64,000 nt of DNA from an uncultured Oscillospiraceae bacterium (GTDB lineage: Bacteria; Bacillota; Clostridia; Oscillospirales; Oscillospiraceae). A program made the translations under genes and the position numbers. The stretch covers positions 114,770 to 178,769 of the forward strand of contig CAUEFI010000004.1 of the NCBI GenBank assembly GCA_958477305.1, read 5' to 3'. Below the pieces are notes generated by a model. It made no database searches. It saw only the letters and a program-made list of their open reading frames with translations, and was not told where the DNA came from. Below, piece by piece: positions 1 to 7,035 of this stretch (positions within the stretch are counted from its first letter, which is position 1; every line of letters starts with the position of its first letter).

Positions 1-1
1 T

Positions 2-193
2 CGTGGCCGCGGCGGAAAGCTGACCACCGGCAAGGTCAAGGCAGGCAGTTCCATGGACACTAAGATCACGCTGACCACTCTTTACATTCTCATTGAGGTG
101 GACGGCAAGACCGTGGTGGAACTGGACAAGTTGAACGAGGTTTACAAGGTCAACGGCGTGGACGTTCTGGCCAAGATCAAGGAGATGTGCTGA
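2..193 (+). CDS. phage tail tube / major tail protein, C-terminal fragment (gene starts upstream of window)
   Basis: An open frame runs from the window edge to TGA at 191-193 and translates to ...GKVKAGSSMDTKITLTTLYILIEVDGKTVVELDKLNEVYKVNGVDVLAKIKEMC. It sits immediately before the chaperone and tape-measure genes, as a tube gene does. Confidence 0.4.
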   Translation, partial: RGRGGKLTTGKVKAGSSMDTKITLTTLYILIEVDGKTVVELDKLNEVYKVNGVDVLAKIKEMC

Positions 194-194
194 C

Positions 195-569
195 ATGAGC
201 GACGAAAAGAGAATGGACACCGCCTTGCTGGCGGAGAACGACGAAAACACCGCGGCGGAGGAAAACGCCCTGGTTATGAAGCTGGACAAGCCTTTCACCT
301 TTGAGGGGCAGACGTACACAGAGGTGGACCTGTCCGGCCTGGAGGACACCACGGCGGCAGACCTGCAGGCCGTGGGCCGTTTCGTGACGAAGAAGAACCC
401 GGCGGCGAACCCCGCAACCGTGGAAATGACGCTGGAATACGCCCAGTTCATGGCGGCCCGCGTCGCCCACCTGCCGCTGGAGTTTTTCGAGCGCCTCCCC
501 GCAAAGGAGGCAATCAAGCTGAAAGGCATTGTCGTGGGTTTTCTTTACGGCGGGGCTGGGGACAACTAA
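195..569 (+). CDS. phage tail assembly chaperone (gpG-like, XkdN-like)
   Basis: A 124-aa acidic protein lies between the tube and tape-measure genes, and its stop at 567-569 closes the frame. It ends just after an internal slippery heptamer. Confidence 0.6.
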   Translation: MSDEKRMDTALLAENDENTAAEENALVMKLDKPFTFEGQTYTEVDLSGLEDTTAADLQAVGRFVTKKNPAANPATVEMTLEYAQFMAARVAHLPLEFFERLPAKEAIKLKGIVVGFLYGGAGDN

Positions 570-727
570 CGCCCGCCGTCATAAACAGGGCCTGCGTCGG
601 GTTGTCCATACAACTGCGGACAGGGCTGGATTATCTTCTGGCCCTGTCCGTTTCGGACTTGAACGAACTGGCGGACACGGTGACGCAGTACGCGGAGGAG
701 GTGGCAAAACATGGCCGGCAAAAATAA
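195..727 (+). CDS. tail assembly chaperone frameshift-extended product (gpGT-like), -1 PRF at 536-542
   Basis: The -1 frame after the GGGTTTT site stays open to TAA at 725-727. It encodes a protein-like extension (...LDYLLALSVSDLNELADTVTQYAEEVAKHGRQK) that overlaps the tape-measure start. Confidence 0.5.
536..579 (+). promoter_or_regulatory. -1 programmed ribosomal frameshift site: slippery heptamer G_GGT_TTT plus downstream GC hairpin (547-554/572-579)
   Basis: An X_XXY_YYZ heptamer sits in the zero frame (gtG GGT TTT). An 8-bp GC stem (acggcggg/cccgccgt) starts 4 nt downstream. Confidence 0.5.
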
Positions 728-2918
728 AACGTATGAGTTAATGCTGAAAATCGGCGGCAAGGTGGACGGTTCCCTGAAAACCGCCTGCAGCACCGCAGAC
801 AAGAACCTGGCTGCGCTGGGGAAAACGGCAAAGACCGCGGGAAAGATCGCTGCCGGTGCCATGGTAGCAGCCGCCACCGCTGTGGCGACCCTGGGAACCG
901 CTGCGGTGAAATCCGCGGCGGAGTATGAGGCCCAGCTGGCCAACGTTTCCACGCTGCTGACCGGCACGGAGGCAGAGGTGGCCGCACGAACGGCGGAAAT
1001 CGGGGATCAGGTTCTGGAAATCTCCAACCGCACGGGCGTGGCCACGGCTGACCTGACGGACGGAATGTATCAGGTGGTTTCTGCTTTCGGTGACAGCGCA
1101 GACGCCGCGGCCATTCTGGAAACCGCGGCAAAATCCGCGGCGGCGGGAAACGCGACCACGACGGACAGTATCAACCTACTTTCTGCCGTAACCAAGGGTT
1201 ACGGCGATACCTCCGCGGAGGCGGTGCAGCAGGCGGCGGATCTGGCATTTGCCACCGTAAGACTGGGCCAGACCTCTTTCCCGGAACTGGCCGCAGGCAT
1301 GGGCAAGGTCATTCCCCTGGCCAGTACCCTGGGGCTGGAGCAAGAACAGCTATGGGGCGCCATGGCCACGCTGACCGGCGTTACAGGTTCCACGGCGGAA
1401 GTGGTTACGCAGATGAAAGCCACAATGCAGGCGTTCCTCTCCCCGTCCAAGAATATGCAGGCCGCCCTTAAAAACATGGGCTATGAAAGCGGCCAGGCGC
1501 TGCTTGAAAGCAAGGGCCTGCAGGGATCTCTGGACGCCCTAAAGGACGCTGTGGGAGGCAACGAACTGGCGTTTGCTGGCCTGTTCTCCTCTGTGGAGGC
1601 ACAAACCGCGGTGCTGGCTATGGCAGGCAACCAGGCCGAAAACCTGACCAGCAAGACGGCGGAAATGTACGAAGCCACCGGCGCGGCAAATACCGCCTTT
1701 GAGCGGCAGACCAACAACCTGAAATACGACATTCAGATGGTTAAAAACCTGGGCGCCAATTTCTTGACGCAGCTGGGCACCAACATTCTGCCGTATGTGC
1801 GGGAGTTCGCGGAGGCGGCCCTGCCGGTGGTTTCGGAGGCGCTGGAGAAGATCGGCAGCTACATGACCGGAACCATCATTCCGGCGGCGGAAACCGCGGT
1901 GAAATGGATTTCGGAACACCGTACCCTGATCCTGGCGCTGGCGGCGGGTATTGCCACCGCTGTGGCGGCCTACAAGGCGTATAAAGTGGCGATCACCGCC
2001 TACAACGCAGTTATGGCCGTGTATAAAGTGGTCACCGCAGCAAGCGCCACGGGCACCTTTACCCTGGCGGGCGCCATGACGGCGCTAAATCTTCCCGTGC
2101 TGGCAGTTGTGGCCGCCATCGGCCTGGCTGTGGCGGCGGGGATCCTGATTTATAAGAACTGGGACAAGATCAAGGCCAAGGCCGCGGAACTGGGCGCGAA
2201 GATCTCCGAGGTATGGGGAAACATCAAGACTGGCGTTTCCGAGGCCGTGGCGAACCTGGTTTCTGCGTTCCAGTCTAATTTCCCCCTGCTGTCCGCTTAT
2301 TTGAGCGGGTGGTGGGAAAGTGTTTCGGCGGCCTGGGAAAACGTCAAGGCCATTTTTGCCAATATCATTGACTTTGTGCAGAACGTATTTGCAGGCAACT
2401 GGAGCGCCGCCTGGGACAATATCGTGGCCATTTTCGGAAACGTGTTTGGCATGATCGTGAACCTGGCGAAAGCCCCCATAAACGGGGTTATTTCCGCAAT
2501 CAACTGGGTGCTGGAGAAGATCAACAGCATTTCCGTGACGATCCCGGACTGGGTTCCGGGCGTCGGCGGGAAAACCCTGGGCTTTAACATTCCGACGATC
2601 CCCGCCCTGGCTGCCGGTGGTATTGCCACGGCGCCCACGCTGGCGCAGATCGGTGAGGGCGGAGAGCCGGAGGCGGTGCTGCCGCTGTCCAAGCTGGCGG
2701 CCCTCCTGGACGAATGGACGAAGCCGAAGCCGACACCGGGCGGCGGAACGGGCGGCGGCGGTGAAACCGTCGTTTTCTCCCCGGTATTCAATTTCTACGG
2801 CGGGACGCCGAGCCGCGAGGAGGCCGAGGAGGCCGGGCGGATCAGTTTCGCGGAGTTCAAGAAACTGTATAGGCAGATGAAAGCCGAGGAGAAGCGCAAG
2901 CAATTCAGCCCGGCATAA
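711..2918 (+). CDS. phage tail tape measure protein
   Basis: 735 aa, Ala/Gly-rich and helical, with an internal hydrophobic segment. A strong RBS (GGAGGAGGTGG) precedes it, and it follows the chaperone frameshift pair in the usual position. Confidence 0.85.
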   Translation: MAGKNKTYELMLKIGGKVDGSLKTACSTADKNLAALGKTAKTAGKIAAGAMVAAATAVATLGTAAVKSAAEYEAQLANVSTLLTGTEAEVAARTAEIGDQVLEISNRTGVATADLTDGMYQVVSAFGDSADAAAILETAAKSAAAGNATTTDSINLLSAVTKGYGDTSAEAVQQAADLAFATVRLGQTSFPELAAGMGKVIPLASTLGLEQEQLWGAMATLTGVTGSTAEVVTQMKATMQAFLSPSKNMQAALKNMGYESGQALLESKGLQGSLDALKDAVGGNELAFAGLFSSVEAQTAVLAMAGNQAENLTSKTAEMYEATGAANTAFERQTNNLKYDIQMVKNLGANFLTQLGTNILPYVREFAEAALPVVSEALEKIGSYMTGTIIPAAETAVKWISEHRTLILALAAGIATAVAAYKAYKVAITAYNAVMAVYKVVTAASATGTFTLAGAMTALNLPVLAVVAAIGLAVAAGILIYKNWDKIKAKAAELGAKISEVWGNIKTGVSEAVANLVSAFQSNFPLLSAYLSGWWESVSAAWENVKAIFANIIDFVQNVFAGNWSAAWDNIVAIFGNVFGMIVNLAKAPINGVISAINWVLEKINSISVTIPDWVPGVGGKTLGFNIPTIPALAAGGIATAPTLAQIGEGGEPEAVLPLSKLAALLDEWTKPKPTPGGGTGGGGETVVFSPVFNFYGGTPSREEAEEAGRISFAEFKKLYRQMKAEEKRKQFSPA

Positions 2919-2933
2919 GAGGAGGACCACACC

Positions 2934-3146
2934 ATGGAAAGCACCTACACCACCAAGCAGGGGGACGTATGGGACAAAATCGCCTATGAGGTGTACGGCG
3001 ACGAAGAATACACCGGCTGGCTGATGGAAAACAATTTCCCGCTGCTGGACACGTTCGTGTTTGACGCCGGGGTGGTCCTCCAGACCCCGGCCCCGCCGGA
3101 GCAGACCGCGGCCAATGACCTGCCGATCTGGAGGAGCAAGGTATGA
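2934..3146 (+). CDS. small LysM-like phage tail protein (XkdP / gpX-like)
   Basis: A 70-aa protein directly after the tape measure. The GDVWDKIAYEVYGDEEYTGWLMENN segment is LysM-like, and the position matches PBSX XkdP and P2 gpX. Confidence 0.45.
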   Translation: MESTYTTKQGDVWDKIAYEVYGDEEYTGWLMENNFPLLDTFVFDAGVVLQTPAPPEQTAANDLPIWRSKV

Positions 3147-4141
3147 ATACACGGCGGGCGTATGTAGACCTGTTTTACAACGGAACCGCAGCCACGGCGG
3201 AAATTTCCGGTTTCGTGACGGATATTTCATACACGGATCCGGCAAGCGGAGAGGCGGACAGCCTGGACATTACGCTGCAAGACCGGGATCACCGGTGGAC
3301 GGGGGCGTGGATCCCCGTCGCCGGTGACACCCTGGCCGCGACAATCCGGGCGCTGAACTGCCAGTATTCCGGGGACAACCGGATCCTGCCGTGCGGTTTC
3401 TTTATCGTGGACAGTTTCAGTTTTTCCGGCTGGCCGGTTTCCGGGAGCATTTCCGCGATCTCCACGCCGCTGGACAGCAGTTTCACCACCACCCAGCGGA
3501 CAAAGACCTGGGAAAACGTGACCATAAAAGAGATCGGAACCGAGATCGCAGGCCGCGCCGGGATCGCGCTGGCCTGGGACGTGGAGGGCGACCCGTTCAC
3601 GATCAAGAGCGTGGAACAATCGGAACAAACCGACTGTGAATTTTACATGAACCTGTGCAACACCTACGGGCTGGCCATGAAAGTCTACGCCCAAAAGATC
3701 GTGGTGTATGACCGGGAGGCATACAAGAAAAAGGGCGCGGCGGCGGTGCTGTCCCCGTCCAATATGAAATCCTGGTCATGGCAGCAGGATCAGGCAGGCA
3801 CCTACACCGGCGGAGAGTTCACATACACCAGCCCGGCCACGGAAAAGGAAATCAAGGTGACCGTGGGCAAGGGCAGCCGGATCCTAAAGCAGAGCGGCAA
3901 GGCCGACAGCAAGGCCGACGCGGAACGGAAGATCAAGGCGGCGGTGGCCAAGGCAAACCACGGCAAGACAAAACTTTCCGCCACCATTGTGGGAAATGCC
4001 TCTCTGGTGGCCTCTCAATGCGTCCAGGTGGTGGGCCTGGGGAAGCTGTCCGGCAAGTATTACATTGACACCATTACCCACAACGTCAGCGGATCCGGCG
4101 GCTACACCATGGACCTGGAAATGTCGCTGGTGGAGGAATGA
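3143..4141 (+). CDS. phage tail hub protein (XkdQ / late-control-D-like)
   Basis: A 332-aa protein following the LysM gene in conserved PBSX-like order, overlapping the neighbouring genes by a few nt. Confidence 0.5.
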   Translation: MNTRRAYVDLFYNGTAATAEISGFVTDISYTDPASGEADSLDITLQDRDHRWTGAWIPVAGDTLAATIRALNCQYSGDNRILPCGFFIVDSFSFSGWPVSGSISAISTPLDSSFTTTQRTKTWENVTIKEIGTEIAGRAGIALAWDVEGDPFTIKSVEQSEQTDCEFYMNLCNTYGLAMKVYAQKIVVYDREAYKKKGAAAVLSPSNMKSWSWQQDQAGTYTGGEFTYTSPATEKEIKVTVGKGSRILKQSGKADSKADAERKIKAAVAKANHGKTKLSATIVGNASLVASQCVQVVGLGKLSGKYYIDTITHNVSGSGGYTMDLEMSLVEE

Positions 4142-4156
4142 CGCGAGGAGGAACGC

Positions 4157-4600
4157 ATGGAAAACAATATCCGGCTGGGTAAGATTTCAGCCATTGATTA
4201 CGCCGCGGGCACGGTCCGCGTGGTGTACCACGAAAAGGACGACGCCGTGACCGCCCCCATTCCCCTGATTTCATCGGAGTATTTCATGCCGGAGGTGGAC
4301 GACATGGTTATGGTGCTTCACCTTTCCAACGGCACGGAGGCGGGCGTGGTCCTGGGCCGACCGTGGAGTGAGAAGAACAAGCCCCCGGAGGGTTCCAAAG
4401 GGCTTTACCGCAAAGACCTGGCCCGTTCGCCGGGTGAGGCCATGATCCGCTATAAGGACGGCACCATGACCATCAAGGCCGCCAAGTTGGTGATTGACGG
4501 AACCGTGACCGTCAGCGGCGACGTGACCGCCGGCGGGGTTTCCCTGGACAACCACACCCACACGGACAGCATGGGCGGCGGAACCTCCGGGCCATCGTAA
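4157..4600 (+). CDS. baseplate spike / assembly protein (gpV-like or XkdR-like)
   Basis: 147 aa with a C-terminal Gly-rich LDNHTHTDSMGGGTSGP tail typical of gpV-family spike proteins. An RBS (GAGGAGGAA) precedes it. Confidence 0.45.
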   Translation: MENNIRLGKISAIDYAAGTVRVVYHEKDDAVTAPIPLISSEYFMPEVDDMVMVLHLSNGTEAGVVLGRPWSEKNKPPEGSKGLYRKDLARSPGEAMIRYKDGTMTIKAAKLVIDGTVTVSGDVTAGGVSLDNHTHTDSMGGGTSGPS

Positions 4601-4615
4601 GGAGGCGATTTACAC

Positions 4616-5008
4616 ATGATCGGAACGCTGGGGCGCAAAATCATTTTTGAGGTGAGCGACAACAGGGTTTTGACCTTTGAGAGCATGAGCCGCGAGGTTT
4701 CCGGGCGCTGGACCGAACACGAAGTTTTAGGCGTGAAGCCGAAAGCGGAGTTTTTAGGGCCTGGCCTCCAGACCATAAGCCTGACCATTCACCTGTCCGC
4801 TGCCCTGGGCGTGAAGCCGCGGCGGATCCTGGATATGGTGGAGCGCATGGTGGAAAGAGGCACGGCGGAGTACCTGGTGATCGGCGGCAGACTGGTGGGC
4901 CGCCGTCCGTTCCGCGTCACGGGATCGAGTGAAGCCTGGGACAAGGTTTACAGCCGCGGAGAACTGGCCAAGGCTACCCTGACCATTTCGCTGGAGGAAT
5001 ACGCATGA
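4616..5008 (+). CDS. phage baseplate-associated protein of unknown function
   Basis: A 130-aa ORF placed between the spike and the gp25-like gene. Confidence 0.35.
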   Translation: MIGTLGRKIIFEVSDNRVLTFESMSREVSGRWTEHEVLGVKPKAEFLGPGLQTISLTIHLSAALGVKPRRILDMVERMVERGTAEYLVIGGRLVGRRPFRVTGSSEAWDKVYSRGELAKATLTISLEEYA

Positions 5009-5310
5009 ACGAAAACGACCTTTTCAATTTCCAACTGGAATATACGTTCACGGCGGACTGGCTGGCAGAACTGGATCGGCAGCTGGCCCTCCTGCTGTCC
5101 ACACGGGAGGGCACCATGCCGTTGGATCGGGCTTTCGGCCTGAACATGGATTTTGTGGATATGCCGCCAGAGGCCGCAAAGAGCCTTTACACAGCGGAGG
5201 TCACCGAAAAGGTGTCCAAATTCATACCGGAGGTGCGGGTGCAGGAAGTGACCTGGACCGGCGGCAACACCGGAAAACTTTTTCCCAAGGTGGTGATAAC
5301 AAGTGCCTGA
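5005..5310 (+). CDS. baseplate wedge protein, GPW/gp25 lysozyme-like family
   Basis: 101 aa. The PLDRAFGLNMDFVDMP motif matches gp25/GPW family conservation, and its start overlaps the previous stop (ATGA). Confidence 0.55.
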   Translation: MNENDLFNFQLEYTFTADWLAELDRQLALLLSTREGTMPLDRAFGLNMDFVDMPPEAAKSLYTAEVTEKVSKFIPEVRVQEVTWTGGNTGKLFPKVVITSA

Positions 5311-6457
5311 TATTTCCGCAATTCAGAACACCCCGGACGTGTCTTTCATCGACAACAAGACCATTGACGACGTGCGCGGGGATATGGTGGCAGACTTTGA
5401 GGCGTTCATGCTCCAAGCGACGGGCAGCAAGGTGTCCCTGGGCCGCGCCTCTGTCCACCGCATGATCCTGTATTCGGCGGCGGCGCAGATTTACCAAGCC
5501 ATGCAGTACGTTGACCGAGCGGGCAAGCAAAGCCTTTTGAAATACTCCTATTCGGAGTTCCTGGACAATCTGGCGCTGCTGAAAGGCGTTACCAGAGAAC
5601 CGGCCAAGGCGGCCACGACCACGATCCGCTTTACCGCGTCGGCCACCAGGACGCTGGCCACACCGATCCCGGCGGGCACCAGGGTTTCCTCCAGCGGTTC
5701 CATTTATTTCAGCACGATGGAGTACGCAGAGATCCCGGCGGGCAGCCTGACGGTGGACGTGCTGGCGGAGTGTACCGCAACAGGCAACGCGGGCAACGGA
5801 CTGGCGCCTGGCGAGGTGTCCACCATCGTGGATCCCGTTCCCTACATTACCAGCGCCGTGAACCAGAACACCACGGAGGGCGGCGCAGACGTGGAGAACG
5901 ACGAAAGCCTGGCGGAGCGGGTTTACCTGGCCCCTGGCGCCTATTCTACGGCAGGCCCGGAGGACGGATACCTGTACCACGCCAAGAAGTACAACGCCGC
6001 CATTGGTGACGTGGTGGCCACCAGCGACCACGAAGCGGGCCAGGTGGATATTGTTTTCATCATGGCCGACGGTTCCAAGCCGGGCGCGGCCATGATCTCC
6101 GGCCTGCAGGCGTACCTCTCCGGCAAGACGATCCGCCCCATGACGGACAAGCTGACCGTGAAAGCCCCGGAGGAGGTCACATACAGCATTAACCTGACGT
6201 ATTACATCAACCGCAGCGACAGCGCCAGAGCGGTGGCAATCCAGGCGGCGGTGGCCCAGGCCGTGGAGGAATATAAAACCTGGCAGCGCACCATAGGCCG
6301 CGACGTGAACCCGTCGCAACTGGCCGCCATGGTCATGGAGGCAGGCGCCAAGCGTGTCACCGTGACCGCGCCGACGTTCGCGGCGGTGGCCGCCACCAAG
6401 GTGGCAGCATTGACCGGATCGGCCACCGTGACGTATGGAGGGCTGGAAGATGATTAA
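5303..6457 (+). CDS. baseplate J-like protein
   Basis: 384 aa, lying between the gp25-like and tail-protein-I-like genes. Confidence 0.65.
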   Translation: MPDISAIQNTPDVSFIDNKTIDDVRGDMVADFEAFMLQATGSKVSLGRASVHRMILYSAAAQIYQAMQYVDRAGKQSLLKYSYSEFLDNLALLKGVTREPAKAATTTIRFTASATRTLATPIPAGTRVSSSGSIYFSTMEYAEIPAGSLTVDVLAECTATGNAGNGLAPGEVSTIVDPVPYITSAVNQNTTEGGADVENDESLAERVYLAPGAYSTAGPEDGYLYHAKKYNAAIGDVVATSDHEAGQVDIVFIMADGSKPGAAMISGLQAYLSGKTIRPMTDKLTVKAPEEVTYSINLTYYINRSDSARAVAIQAAVAQAVEEYKTWQRTIGRDVNPSQLAAMVMEAGAKRVTVTAPTFAAVAATKVAALTGSATVTYGGLEDD

Positions 6458-7019
6458 ACTTTCCGGCAGCCGCTTCACGGACATTATGCCGGAGAACCTG
6501 GCAGAGCAGCCGGAGATCCAGGCGCTTGCCTACGCCGTGGGCAGGCAGGTGGAGAAGCTGCTGGCCTATGCCGACGGCGCCCGCACCTATGCGGCGATCT
6601 ATGCTGTGCCGGAAAAGGTGCTGGATCTGCTGGCCGTGGAACTGCGTACCCCGTCCTATGACGAAAACTTTTCTATTAAGGTCAAGCGAACCCTGATCGC
6701 GGAAAGCCTGCTGTTTTACGCACAGATGGGCACCCCGGCAGCGGTGAACCGGATCATTGAAACCATTTTCCAGGCCGGTCATATCAGCGAGTGGTGGGAA
6801 TACGGCGGGAAACCCTATCACTTTAAGGCATACACCACGAACCCGGCCATTACGTCGGACGACGTGGAGGAGTTCAAGCGGGTGCTGGGCACCGTCAAGC
6901 GCCTTTCCGCCTGGCTGGACGAAATCGTGTTGGACCTGTCCACACCTCCGGCGGAGGTATTCGTGGGCCATTGGATCCACACGGGCGACTTTATCACCCT
7001 GCAAAGGGCGACTATGTAA
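6435..7019 (+). CDS. phage tail protein I-like (XkdU / DUF2313-like)
   Basis: 194 aa, immediately upstream of the tail fibre gene. Confidence 0.5.
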   Translation: MEGWKMIKLSGSRFTDIMPENLAEQPEIQALAYAVGRQVEKLLAYADGARTYAAIYAVPEKVLDLLAVELRTPSYDENFSIKVKRTLIAESLLFYAQMGTPAAVNRIIETIFQAGHISEWWEYGGKPYHFKAYTTNPAITSDDVEEFKRVLGTVKRLSAWLDEIVLDLSTPPAEVFVGHWIHTGDFITLQRATM

Positions 7020-7035
7020 CAGGAGGTTATCAGCC

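Noticed and set aside
529-741. ORF-track ORF in the +1 frame overlapping the chaperone/tape-measure junction
   Set aside because: - It encodes an Arg/Gly-rich low-complexity peptide.
- The biologically sensible overlap is the -1 frame (to 727) downstream of the GGGTTTT slippery site.
6757-7035. Upstream extension of the tail fibre ORF (995-aa version)
   Set aside because: - The frame is merely open across the preceding gene.
- The real start is ATG 7036 with an AGGAGG RBS.
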